DNA of 64,000 nucleotides from contig OZ024762.1 in assembly GCA_964016885.1 (NCBI GenBank), positions 3,286,001 to 3,350,000 of the forward strand, written 5' to 3'. The position numbers and the translations under genes were made by a program. Position 1 is the stretch's first letter, and every line of letters starts with the position of its first letter. The notes beneath the pieces are model-generated. The model worked only from the letters and a program-made list of their open reading frames with translations, ran no database searches and had not been told where the DNA came from. The stretch comes from Eledone cirrhosa (lineage: Eukaryota). Positions 50,569 through 63,237 of this stretch are shown piece after piece.

Positions 50569-53500
50569 ACATGTACACATTGAGTTTTAACAAAATAATA
50601 TCTGATATGTTGTTTTTTTTTTGTTTTTTTTTACAATTTCAGATTTTCATGTTACCAAATTTTATGTTACAAAACCCTGATGTGTTTAGCGCTGTGTTTC
50701 CTTGGACCCAGGTTGAAGAATCGAAACCAGATAAAGGCAGCAACAGACAATCATGTAAATTACTTCAAGAGAAGGTAATATTTATTGTACAGGTGATAAA
50801 TTGACCAGAGTCGTTAGATTGTCTAATGTACAGGTGATAAATTAACCCGAGTCGTTAGATTGTCTAATGTACAGGTGATAAATTGACCAGAGTCGTTAGA
50901 TTGTCTAATGTACAGGTGATAAATTGACCAGAGTCGTTAGATTGTCTAATGTACAGGTGATAAATTGACCAGAGTCGTTAGATTGTCTAATGTACAGGTG
51001 ATAAATTGACCAGAGTCGTTAGATTGTCTAATGTACAGGTGATAAATTGACCAGAGTCGTTAGATTGTCTAATGTACAGGTGATAAATTGACCAGAGTCG
51101 TTAGATTGTCTAATGTACAGGTGATAAATTGACCAGAGTCGTTAGATTGTCTAATGTACAGGTGATAAATTGACCAGAGTCGTTAGATTGTCTAATGTAC
51201 AGGTGATAAATTGACCAGAGTCGTTAGACCATCAGATGATGAAATGCCATTGAGGTATTTGTTCTGGCTCTCTGCACTCTCTGAGTTCAAATTCTGCGGA
51301 GGTCAACTTAGCTTTTCATTTTTTCAAGGTCAATATAGGACAAGTCCAGTACTGCTAATGGGTCAATTCTTACTGTATATCTCTTTCTCACTTCCTCCTC
51401 TCTTCTGGAAGAAATCTTCTGTATTTAGACTTGGAAACGGGAGGGGCTTGGTTAGATTTATAATGGCAGAGATAGCCCTTATGTCAATACAGCACCCCTA
51501 CAACTACATCGGGAGTTACATGTATATATAAACACAATCATCATCAACAGACATCCATTTTTCCACACTAGTATGGGTTAGATGAGTTGTCCCATTCTGA
51601 GACAAGCCAGATCAGATGACCATGTCTTGCTTACACAGAACTGGTTCAGGCTTGGTTTCTACTGCTGGATGCCCTTCCTAACGTGAACAACATTTACAGT
51701 GTGTACTGGGTGCTTTTTGTTGTGACAACTACACAACCACTTTACAGTGTGGGCTGGGTGCTTTTTGTCGTGACAACTACATGACCACTTTACAGCAGTA
51801 CATGCTGAAAAGTGGTTGGTGTTAGGAAGGGTATCCAACCGTAGAAAGCTTGCCAAACAAGAGGTTAGATGGACCCGTCAGTTTGTGTCAAAAGACACAA
51901 CAACTTTTCCTCTGCACTTGATAATGACCATACGTAAGGGGGATACAGACCTCCTTGGTCTGTCTGGGACGTTAGTAACCCTGCTTCAATACTGACTTGG
52001 TCCTTATTGGTCTGTCCAACCATTGCTAACAGGGAAGGTGGACGCTAGATGATGATGATGATGTCTCAACATTACATAGAGGTTCATATAAAAAAAAAAC
52101 AACAACTTATCTTTTGTGTCATCATTGTAGTTGAGCCATTATCTTGACACTGTCGAAGTCCAGATTGGAGAACAGATCTCTATGCGTTCGGAAGCATTCT
52201 TTCATGCAATGACATCCCATGACGAGTTGCAAGATTACATGCAGGTGACATGTCGAGCAATAAAGCTACTCAGGTAAAATATCTTTTACTTTTTTTTCAT
52301 GTTTTCTCAATGTCTAATATTAGGTTCCTCTGATATTAGGTTCCTCTAGCATTTAAACCAGTTGTATCCAGCCAGGATTCTCTCACCTCTTTCTGTTCAA
52401 ACCGGCTGTAACCAGCTGCTCATACTTATGTTAACCCTTTAGCATTTACATTACTCTATATATATACTATTGTATATTTGTGGTAAAGGCTTTATCTTAC
52501 ATAATATCTCATGTAATATCAAATCTACAAGATTTTCCTGTTATTTATTTTGAGGACAATATCTTAGCTTCAGTATGAGCAGCTGGTTATGACCAGTTTG
52601 AACAGAAAGGGGTAAGAGAATTCTGGCTGAATATGGCCAATTTAAATGCTAAAGGGTTAAGGTTTTGTTCTCAAAATAAATAATATCAAAATCTCATAGA
52701 TTCAATAATATGTGAGATAAAGTGTTTACTGTAAAAAAACAATAGTAAATATAGAGTAATGTAAATGTTAAAGGGTTAACTTAAAATCTTTCAAAATATT
52801 TTGTTTTTATTTTGAACTGTTTCTGCTTCACATTTGAAAAGAGGGTATTAGCCCTGAAATATCATATTGAAATATACTGGGTAAAAAACATAACTTTGTT
52901 TTTTTTTATTTGTATTCGTTTACCCTTTATATATTTCTATGGCATTTTACCAGCTTTCTGAAACTTATCAATCTTCCAACATAATTTTAACTTCTCAACT
53001 AGACAGCCTAGCTTGTGTCTATCATACGAAGATCAGCTGAAAAGTTCATAGGATGACCAAGATACTCTCATAGAATGAAATGGCCAAATGAGGTTTATTT
53101 TCAACATAGTCCTTGGACCTTGGAAAGAAATAATGCAGTTATTAATAAGAGGAGTTGAAATTAATGCCTGTAAGCTTTTACAGCTCTAGCATCACTCCTT
53201 CATAGGCTGACTAAGATACTCTCATGGAATGACCAAATGAGGTTTATTTTCCAACATAGTCCCTGGAAAGAAACAATGTAGTTATTATGAAGAAGAAAAT
53301 TCTTTAGTTGAAAAGATGTATTTCATTAGAAATACAGTTATGAAAGGCTTAGCAATAAATATCTCCAGACAAGTTTTTTAAATCCTCACAACTCTAAATC
53401 TTTTTTTTCCAGGGATAAAATACATGCACTTGAAGAAACCTTGGCCAAGGGTTCTTTGAAAATATTGAAGCTTTCAAGAGCAAGGACAAATTATGCAAAA

Positions 53501-56500
53501 CTGCACAATAAGGTAGGCTTTTTTGTGAATCTAATTTGTTTAGTTGGTAGTACTTACTTACTTGTGGTGGCGTTCACCCAGGGTGAGTCGAGCTGGGTCC
53601 ATCAAAGGAATTCATGGTGTAAGTTCATTTCAATGGAGTTTCTTTGGCCGATTGATTTCACAAGCAGTGCCCAGCCTCAAGTATATTCACTTTAGGATAG
53701 AGCAAACTAATCATTGCATCAGTTAATAACGCCAAGCTCTTGCTTTCACACCCAACCCAATTTGGTGGAGCCAGTGTTGTGACGGGGACATCTGGGAGGG
53801 AGTTTAACCAGCAGAGATGATAAACATGACCTATTTAAGCCATTTTGTAAGTCAGCTGTTAGAAGGATCTGGTGGGGGAGCCAGTTTAGTCACTGACCAC
53901 TTGACCATGAAGCAGGTTGTACTGGGTTACATGGTACCAGCAGCAGTTAGAAACCTGACCTGACCAGACCAGGGTCTGGTGGGGGAGCCAGTTTAGTCAC
54001 TGACCACTTGACCATGAAGCAGGTTGTACTGGGTTACATGGTACTTGAGGCAGGCAGAAGCTATTAACTCCAAATTCTTGAGTATTTTCAAAATTATTTG
54101 GACATGTTATTCAGTGTACTTCATTAAACATAACAAGGTATATATGTTGGCACAAATAGGTGGAGGTGTGAGCTGTAAATTTAATCTAATTAAATGTTGT
54201 TTTTTTTTTATCAATCTGGCAACTTTGCTACAAATGGCTGACAAATTTTGACCCTTTGACCCTGGTTTTTTCCTGTTAATTGTTTCAGTTGAAGTTAATA
54301 TCTACAGTTCATCAAACCCAGCCGACAATACAACTGCTCCTATCAACTAATGAGTTTGTTGGTGCTCTGGATCTCATATCAACCACACAGGAGGTTTTAG
54401 CCCAAGAATTGGCTGGCATCCATTCATTCAGGTATTCAAAGATTTCATTCAAAGATTTCCTCATCGTCATTTTCCTCTTCCTTCTCATCATCATCGCCGT
54501 CATTGTTATAACAACAAGGGATGTAACTAAATGCTGCAAAGCATTTCATCTGATGTTCTAACAATTCTACCAATCCACCACCTGCACCTTAACCCTTTAG
54601 TTACCCACCCAGCCAAACCTGGCTCTGGTTCTATGAAATACAACCACCCATTTTTAAATTAAAATCCTCCAACATTTTATATAAGAACCTTACCTCTATC
54701 TTATCTCTATCTTAGTAATGAAGTAATTAATAATTTTAGTAAATCCCTTAAAATGCTTCACTAATTAATTGAAATAGAGTGTTTAATTAGAAATATGGTC
54801 ATGAAAGGGATAATAATAGTAATAATATTGGTTTCTGATTTAGGCACTACAATATTATGGGAGGGGAAAACAATTAAATCAACCTCAGTGCGTGACTGGT
54901 ACTTTAGTTTATTGACCCCCATATGGATGAAAGGCAAAGTTAACCTCGGCGGGATTTGAACTCAGAATGGCAAGGGCCATAACTCTATGCGTCAAAGCAT
55001 GGTGTCTGACCCTCTACCAATACTGCCAATCCACTGCCCTTATAATTTTATAAGAATAATATATTTTTATAATCATTATATATAAGATTCCATGAATAAT
55101 TATAATTGCAGACATCTGGGATCTCAGTTGGCTGAGCTTGAGAAAGTTATTAATAAAATGCTATTGGCAGAATTAAATAAATACATCACTGCTAAACTTA
55201 ATCGACCAACGGATGACCCTCAACCTTTGTCAGATGATGTAAGTATTCAATACCTTGCCTTACTTTCTTTGTTTTTTTATTTTGTAATATGAGAAATATC
55301 TCCTACCATGTCATGTCCTTATTGCCATCTCATAGTGTTGGTTCTGTTGCTTTACTACATAATTACCTACCAACTGCCAACATGTAGCTATCACTGTCTC
55401 ACCACCAACATGTAGCTATCACTGTCTCACTACCAACATGTAACCATCACTGTCTCACTACCAACATGTAGCTATCACTGTCTTACTCCCAACATGTAGC
55501 TTTCACTGTCTCACTACCAACATGTAGCTATCACTGTCTCACTACCAACATGTAGCTATCACTGTCTCACTACCAACATGTAGCTATCACTGTCTCACCA
55601 CCAACATGTAGCTATCACTGTCTCACCACCAACATGTAGCTATCACTGTCTCACTACCAACATGTAGCTATCACTGTCTCACTACCAACATGTAGCTATC
55701 ACTGTCTTACTCCCAACATGTAGCTTTCACTGTCTCACTACCAACATGTAGCTATCACTGTCTCACTACCAACATGTAGCTATCACTGTCTCACTACCAA
55801 CATGTAACCATCACTGTCTCACTACCAACATGTAGCTATCACTGTCTCACCACCAACATGTAGCTATCACTGTCTCACCACCAACATGTAGCTATCACTG
55901 TCTTACTCCCAACATGTAGCTTTCACTGTCTCACTACCAACATGTAGCTATCACTGTCTCACTACCAACATGTAACCATCACTGTCTCACAACCAAGATG
56001 TAGCTATCACTGTCTCACTACCAACATGTAACCATCACTGTCTCACAACCAAGATGTAGCTACCACTGTCTCACTACCAACATGTAGCTATCACTGTCTC
56101 ACTACCAACATGTAACCATCACTGTCTCACAACCAAGATGTAGCTACCACTGTCTCACTATTAACATGTAGCCATTGGGCTAGATATTTCTTATTATTTA
56201 CCTGTAAAGTCAATGAAATAATAACATGTAACAGACATATTTCTTTTATTTCCTTATCTGTTTTCCAGGTGAAATTAGCTGCTATTGTCCTTGGAATGTT
56301 GCGAGAACATAACTTTGACTTTGTTGATGTGATACGAGAAGAATCTTTCAAAGCCCTCAAGGCTACAATAAAACAGGTAAATCCTCATTTTATTTTATAT
56401 TTTGAAATCAAACCAACCAACGCTGCTCCTTCTCCTATGAGACACAAACAGCCATTTTAAAAATCTAGGATAAATTTAACCCTTTAGCATTTAAACCGGC

Positions 56501-59500
56501 CGTATCCGGCCAGAATTCTCTCACCTCTTTCAGTTCAAACTGGCTGTTCTCAAAATAAATAATATAAAAATCTCGTAGATTTGATATTATGTGAGGTAAA
56601 ACCTTTACTGTGAAAATATAATTGTATATATAGAATAATGTAAATGCTAAAGAGTTAATGTAAATAGGACATTCCAGTATTGTCAAGGACATGAAAACCT
56701 CCCTGTAAAGTTGTTCGTGATATGAAGGGCATCCAGTCATAGAAATCTTGCCAAACAAGGGCTTTGGAGGACTCTTCAGTTTGTGTCAGGGACATGACAG
56801 CCTCCCTAGTGTTGGTGATCTACATGATAAACACACCCAGTATACACAGTAAAGTGGTTGGTGTTAGGAAGGGCGGGTTGGGATGACCCTCAGTTCTGTC
56901 AAAGGAATGACAACCTCCCCTGTGCATTCAATGGAACATGAGATCATACATTAGCGCACAGGTCCTTGGCTTGCCTAGGAGGTCAGTGGCTCAGCTACAT
57001 TACTGATTTGGTCTATATAGACCCCTCCAACCCTTGCTAGCAGGGAAAGTGAACTTGAACCCTTTAGCATTTACATTACTCTATGTCTATCTTTCTATTT
57101 CATCTTTTCTTTCTCACTCTATTTTCTGATGAAGGATTATTGTCTGAAACGTAAAAGACTCTTTTCTTACTCTATCAGGTGTTAAACTAATATATTTCTT
57201 CATTGAACTGTATTGTTTGCTTTGTTATTTCTGTTCATATTTTGCATACACACACACACACAGATATATATGCACATATATATATATAAATTTGAATGAC
57301 TTCTGTCCATCACACAATGTGTGTGTGTGTGTAAATGTATGTAAAAAAGGAAAGAAGAGGATGGCAAAACAGCAGCTGGCATTCCATTTGCTATGCTGTG
57401 TGTGTGTGTGTTTGTGTAAATGTGTGTGTATGTTTGTCTGAATGTGTGTGTGTTTGTGTGAATGTATTATCCGAGTGTGTATTTTTGTAAGTGTGTCTGT
57501 GTTTGCGTGTTTATATTTATACGAGCAAGACAACCAATCTTGCCTCACGTGGGACAATTCCCGTCTAAACCCATGCTAGCGTGGACGATAGACGTTAAAC
57601 GATGATGATGATGATGATACATATAAATGTATACATATGTACATACATACACGCACACACATATACACATGCATCAGTGTATTGAAAACAATTCTAGTAT
57701 ATCTATATTTCTTTTGCTGTAGTCTGTGATAGAAGCTGTTGCCACAGCAGATGATATAGATACGGAGGGCAACGTTGGGTGGTAAGTATTTCAATAGTCT
57801 TTTCCTGGTTTCAGTCACTAGGCTGACCATCACTGTGATTTAGTCTATCATATCAACCACAGTCATTTTGTTCAAGTCAAGGGGAACTTATTTTATATCA
57901 ACCTCTTTTATGTTGCATCCCCCTTCCCTCCCCTCTCCAATCCCCATGTGGTTTAGAGGTTTGGGTGTTAGACTTAGGGGTCATGATGTTGTGGGTTTGA
58001 TTCCCTGACTGAGTTGTGTGTTGGGTTCTAGAGCAAAACTCTTCCTTTCACATGGCCCCTGTATATTTAGCTGAAAATGAGCAACAGCAATAGTTGGGGA
58101 AGGGGGTTTAACTCTGTGATAGACTGGCGTCCTGTCCTGGCGGTAGTCATGTTCTCTCAGTCACTTAATGTCATGGAAACCAAGATAAGAGTACCGGCCT
58201 AATATGCCACTGGATGGTCATCTTAAAACCTTACAAAGAGAGTGATGCTGGTAACGACATGTTTTCTTTATATTTTTTTCTGTTATTTATGAGTATGGAG
58301 GGATAGAATAATAAAGGGGAGGGGATGCTGGTAACGACATGTTTTCTGTATATTTTTTCTGTTATTTATGAGTATGGAGGGATAGAATAATAAAGGGGAG
58401 GGGATGCTGGTAACGGCATGTTTTATTCATTTTTTCCCTTTATTTCCTTCTAGCCTGGCAGATCAAATGCGACTTTTAAATTATAGCCAGTGGATACAAA
58501 TGCTGAAAAATGTTTTCTACAATATTATGGTCATTGTCAACCGAGTATTGGTGAGTATATCATTTTATCTTCACCGATAAAAATATGATTTAATATGAAG
58601 TAGTGTTAAGGGCGATGGTTTGGTAGAATCAGCAATCACATGCTGGGCTGTCTTTCATTTTTCATCAATGGAGATGATGGGTTGTCCTGGCATGTGTTGT
58701 GAGGACCTGATTAAGGCTGGTATCAATGTTTGTAGAAGTGTATTGGCCTAGATGGAGCATATGTTGAAAAATAAACATCATAACTTCAACCGTTTTTTCC
58801 AACTGTCCTTTTTCCACAAACCTTTTGAAGCTTCCTTGTATGTTTGAGTTTAATGATGACGATGATTATATAAATACATTTTCTCCCTAATTTCCAGGCT
58901 TTTCACGGCGTGATATGTCATGTGGTCATGATAGCTGCTGGTCGCCATGGTAAGCCTCCATCATTAATCCAATCCAGTGAAGCTGAGTACGATGAAGAAA
59001 ATAATGTCACAGCTGCAGCAACAGCAGAATATGAAGCTGTGCCAGAACTACTTCATGTTTCTGTGTGAGTATCTTGGCTTTTTCTCTCACAATCATGCAC
59101 CTAGTACACTCTGTCAAATGTTACTGTTGGTGCAAATATGTTTTCTCTCATGATAAAAGCACCCAGTACACCCTGTAAACTGCTACTGTTGGTACTCCCA
59201 CATTTTCTCTCACAATCATGCACCCAGTACACTCTGTAAAGTTTTACTATTGGTACTAACACATTTTCTCTTCACTATAAAATCACCCAGTACACCCTGT
59301 AAACTTTACTGTTGGTACTAACACTTTTTCTCATGATAAAAACGCCCAGTGCACCCTGTAAACTTTACTGTTGGTATTAACACTTTTTCTCTCATGATAA
59401 AAACACCCAGTGCAGCCTGTAAAGTGGTTGGTGTTAAGAAAGTCATCTAGCTGTAGAAAGCTTGCCAAACAAAGGGTGTTCCTGTTGCATATATACTGGT

Positions 59501-62500
59501 GGTACAAAGTACTACCAGTAAAATAACCCTTTGTCATAATGTTTTCCTATTTATTATTTTTGTAAGTAAATATGATAAATGTTTATAAAATCTTGTGATT
59601 AGGGTGGTACAGGACTTTTGCGCAACCCTGTATATCAATATTCGAGGGCAATTTTGCTTTTCATCCATTCCAGGTTGATAAAAATGTACCAGTCTCGTAC
59701 TGGGGTCGATTCTTCCTCTATATCTCTTTCTTCTGTTCTCTCACTCTCTCTCTATCCTTCTCTGGATGAAGTCTGCTGTATTCAGACCTGGAGAGGAGAA
59801 GATGGGCTCTGCCAGAGTTTAAAAAAAATGCTCTAGAAACGCTGTGTTAATACAGTGCCCCTACGACTCAAGAGTCACAGGATCATGCATACCATGCAAG
59901 TATATGAATATTTGGCAGAATATGCTTTGCAGCATAGAATTGCGGCCCTTTACGCTCTGAGTTCAAATCCCCCGAGGTTAGCTTTGTCTTTCATCCTTAT
60001 GGGATCAATAAAATAAGTACCAGTAATGCACTGGGGTTGATTTAATTGACTTTCCTTCTTCCTTCAAATACCTGGCCTTGTGCCTGTAGTAGAAATCATT
60101 CTTATCAATACTAGATGATGGCGATTTCGTCTTCTCCCTCTGTCACACACACACACTCTCTCTCTCTCTATCTATGTACATCTCTTTCACTTGGCACTCC
60201 CCCTCTCTTTTGTGGAGAACAATAATAATTCAAATTAATTGATATATATGTCTCATGAGAATACACAGTATATTTACAAAAATACACACCCACAGACATC
60301 CATTCACACAAACACACATACACACATATTGACACACAGCATAGCAAATAGAACACCAAACGCTGTTTTGCTATAGTTTTTTCATCATCCCCTTCCTTCC
60401 TTTTACACACACATACATTCACACAAACACACACACACATTGTGTAATGGCCGGACGGAAGTCACTCAAATTTATATATAGATAGATTATCATAATTATC
60501 ATTGTCATCATCTCTATTTCAGCACCGAGGATGTAGATGTGATGATAACAGAGGAAGATTTCCAATCAATATTCCAGAACCTTCAAAAGATGTTGAATGC
60601 TGTTTGTGATCACGCACACGATCGCTGTGTAAAACTGATGGTCGCCAGAGCAAAAGTATGCAATTACATTCTTGAAACATTTTCTCAACGATATTTCCAC
60701 TAGTAAAGATACTACAAACATTTGAATTAACAAACTACGTACAGCCACATTAGCAAGACATTCTTGAACATTTTTTACAACAATCTGTCCACTAGTAAAG
60801 ATACTATAAACATTTGAATTAACAAACTACGTACAGCCACATTAGCAAGACATTCTTGAACATTTTTTTACAACAATCTGTCCACTAGTAAAGATACTAT
60901 AAACATTTGAATTAACAAACTACGTACAGCCACATTAGCAAGACATTCTTGAACATTTTTTACAACAATCTGTCCACTAGTAAAGATACTATAAACATTT
61001 GAATTAACAAACTACGTACAGCCACATTAGCAAGACATTCTTGAACATTTTTTACAACAATCTGTCCACTAGTAAAGATACTATAAACATTTGAATTAAC
61101 AAACTACGTACAGCCACATTAGCAAGACATTCTTGAACATTTTTTACAACAATCTGTCCACTAGTAAAGATACTATAAACATTTGAATTAACAAACTACG
61201 TACAGCCACATTAGCAAGACATTCTTGAACATTTTTTACAACAATCTGTCCACTAGTAAAGATACTATAAACATTTGAATTAACAAACTACGTACAGCCA
61301 CATTAGCAAGACATTCTTGAACATTTTTTTACAACAATCTGTCCACTAGTAAAGATACTATAAATATTTGAATTAACAAACTTCATGAAACCACAGGAAG
61401 ACTTTCTTGAAAAGTACAAAACAGCACTTTAACCCTTTAGTATTTACATTACTCTATATATACTATTGTATTTTCACAGTAAAGGCTTTACCTCACATAA
61501 TTATCTCACATAGTATTGAATCTATGACATTTTGATATTATTTATTTTGAGAACAATACCTTAAAGTCAGTATGAGGGGCCAGTTTGAGCAGAAAGGGTG
61601 AGAGAATTCTGGCTGGATACAACTGATTTAAATGCTAAAGGGTTAAAGTCTTTACTCTAATACTGCAAATTTTCACAATGATATTTCTACAAGAAAAGAT
61701 ACTATAAACATTTGATACTATAAACATTTGATACTATAAACATTTGATACTATAAACATTTGATACTATAAACATTTGATACTATAAACATTTGAATTAA
61801 CAAACCTGTTTTTAGATATTTTATGTTAAATCATTACAGGATGATGAGATAAATTTTCCCAATCTCTTTTTTGTTTTCCAGGATGGATTTTTAGAAAAAT
61901 TAACATTGGGTGAATTTGTAACATTATCGCGAGAAGTGGAGAACTTTGTAAATGAGTGTATGAAGAAATGTGGACACCAAAGTACATCTTTACGAGGAAG
62001 TTTACAGAGTCAGGTTGGTGACATTAGATTCTTTTTTTTTCTTTCTTTCCCCATGCTGTGTGGTTAAGTAGTTCACCTTGCAACCATATGGCTCTGGGCT
62101 AATTCCCTCCCTATGGAACCCTGGGCACTATCCCCAGAAAAGAGAAAGAGAATCTCCACCAATCTTTATTATTCGTAAAATTTCATCCTCCAACAAATTA
62201 TTATTTCAGTGGAAATAATTTTCTTTCTTTTAATATTTCAATTCCAATTCTAGGCAAACCGATTTGTTGAGCGATTCCATGAAGAGAGGAAAACGAAGTT
62301 GAGGTAAGTTGGACATATTAGGCACAAGGCCAGCAATTTTGGAAGAAAAGGAGAGTCGATTAAATCAACCCCAATACGTTACTAGTACTCGATAAAATAA
62401 AGTACCAGTAATGTACTGAGGTTGATTTAATTGACTTTTCCCTTTCCCTCAAAATTTTCCCTTTCACATTGCTCCAGTTTACTCAGCTGTAGAAATGAGA

Positions 62501-62590
62501 TGATAGGGACTGTTGGAGTGCTTCTAATCTATTGTATTTCATTAATTTATTCATTGAACCTTGTTTAACCTTTAAATATATATCTAATAT

Positions 62591-62635
<45 letters not shown>

Positions 62636-63237
62636 AATAATGTATGGGTTTGATGATAATAATGTCTATATTTTGTAGTTTGATTCTGGACAGTGAGAGA
62701 TGGAAACAAACTGATGTACCTGGAGAGTTCCAGGAAATGGTGGACCACATTAATAAAATAGGTAATTTATTGAATCATCATGATAACCATCATTGTCACT
62801 ACCACCACCATCACTACCACCACCACCAACACCATCATCATCACAACCAACACCAACACTATCATCACCATTAACACCAACATCACCACCACCACCACCA
62901 ACACCACCAACACCATCATTATCACCACCACCACCACCACCATCACCACCACCAACACCACCAAAACCAACATCACCACCACCACCACCACCACCATCAC
63001 CACCGCCACCATTATCACCACCACCACAACTGCCACCGCCATCACCTCATCTGCCACCACCACCACTGTTTGAAGGGCAGTTTACCATACAGAGAGTTGT
63101 GTTTGTCAGATTATTGGCTTGTTAACTCCAATGTTTGTAGTATCTTCACTACTGAACAGATCATTAGATATATCTAATGATTTGAAATATTTTATTTCCA
63201 GGAAAAATGCAGCTTCCAGAAAAAAGAATTGATTTAA
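45133..63237 (+). CDS. VPS54: Vacuolar protein sorting 54 (GARP complex subunit), multi-exon, 3' end beyond the window
   Basis: 18 GT-AG exons join in phase. Diagnostic VPS54 peptides: VNLPAVLNDPR..RETDFFTKTWG, LDQVPKIFM, KLLQEKLSHYLDTVEVQI..QISMRSEAFFHAMTSH, TVHQTQPTIQLLLSTNEFVGALDLISTTQEVL, RHLGSQL, LADQMR, RAKDGFLEKL, FHEERKTKLSLILDSERWKQ. Confidence 0.96.
46935..47242 (+). CDS. VPS54: VPS54 coding exon 2
   Basis: VNLPAVLNDPR/DFFTKTWG; AG..GT boundaries in phase. Confidence 0.92.
48344..48440 (+). CDS. VPS54: VPS54 coding exon 3
   Basis: (T)nCAG acceptor, GTGAGT donor, phase 0 to 1. Confidence 0.85.
49201..49235 (+). CDS. VPS54: VPS54 coding exon 4 (35 nt)
   Basis: EKNRAALDQVPK; GTGAGT donor. 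Confidence 0.88.
49290..50180. repeat. G-rich minisatellite; 26/28 bp subunits in a 136 bp higher-order repeat
   Basis: GAAGAGCTGAGTTATAG recurs at 49412, 49548, 49684 and 49820. Confidence 0.9.
50643..50774 (+). CDS. VPS54: VPS54 coding exon 5
   Basis: IFMLPNF...KLLQEK. Confidence 0.92.
50786..51228. repeat. 41 bp minisatellite, ~10.8 near-identical copies
   Basis: Unit TGTACAGGTGATAAATTGACCAGAGTCGTTAGATTGTCTAA. Confidence 0.95.
52131..52273 (+). CDS. VPS54: VPS54 coding exon 6
   Basis: LSHYLDTVEVQIGEQISMRSEAFFHAMTSH. Confidence 0.95.
53413..53512 (+). CDS. VPS54: VPS54 coding exon 7
   Basis: DKIHALEETLAKGSLKIL...LHNK. Confidence 0.9.
54289..54431 (+). CDS. VPS54: VPS54 coding exon 8
   Basis: LKLISTVHQTQPTIQLLLS...GIHSFR. 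Confidence 0.95.
55112..55238 (+). CDS. VPS54: VPS54 coding exon 9
   Basis: HLGSQLAELEKVINKM...LNRP. Confidence 0.93.
55375..56172. repeat. 28 bp minisatellite, ~28 copies
   Basis: Unit TACCAACATGTAGCTATCACTGTCTCAC with recurring variants. Confidence 0.95.
56269..56376 (+). CDS. VPS54: VPS54 coding exon 10
   Basis: VKLAAIVLGMLRE...TIKQ. Confidence 0.9.
57122..57157 (+). ncRNA. Degenerate minimal hammerhead-like motif (Penelope type) in a VPS54 intron
   Basis: TTTT-CTGATGA-AGGATTATTGTCT-GAAAC-GTA-AAAG. Confidence 0.45.
57723..57781 (+). CDS. VPS54: VPS54 coding exon 11
   Basis: SVIEAVATADDIDTEGNVG; GTAAGT donor, phase 2. Confidence 0.88.
58454..58550 (+). CDS. VPS54: VPS54 coding exon 12
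   Basis: LADQMRLLNYSQW. Confidence 0.93.
58898..59064 (+). CDS. VPS54: VPS54 coding exon 13
   Basis: AFHGVICHVVMIAAG...; TTCCAG acceptor and GTGAGT donor, in phase. Confidence 0.87.
60523..60655 (+). CDS. VPS54: VPS54 coding exon 14
   Basis: NLQKMLNAVCDHAHDRCVKLMVARAK. Confidence 0.92.
60666..61381. repeat. 92 bp minisatellite, ~7.8 copies, plus a 16 bp sub-repeat at 61698-61800
   Basis: ACATTCTTGAAC recurs every 92-93 bp. GATACTATAAACATTT repeats x6 after an intervening MITE. Confidence 0.93.
61882..62013 (+). CDS. VPS54: VPS54 coding exon 15
   Basis: DGFLEKL...STSLRGSLQSQ. Confidence 0.93.
62254..62303 (+). CDS. VPS54: VPS54 coding exon 16
   Basis: ANRFVERFHEERKTKL. Confidence 0.93.
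62679..62761 (+). CDS. VPS54: VPS54 coding exon 17
   Basis: LILDSERWKQTDVPGEFQ. Confidence 0.93.
62776..63066. repeat. (CAC/CAT/CAA)n low-complexity tract
   Basis: Trinucleotide repeat in an intron. Confidence 0.9.
63202..63237 (+). CDS. VPS54: VPS54 coding exon 18
   Basis: GKMQLPEKRIDL; TTCCAG acceptor and GTAAGT donor, phase 1. Confidence 0.82.
   Translation, partial: EKCSFQKKELI

Noticed and set aside
50786-61381. 28, 41 and 92 bp regular arrays as CRISPR arrays
   Set aside because: Units are head-to-tail with no unique spacers, there are no cas genes, and the context is eukaryotic introns.
62767-63125. Pro-, Thr- or Val-rich ORFs (extensin/mucin-like)
   Set aside because: An intronic CAC-type trinucleotide tract that is open in several frames.
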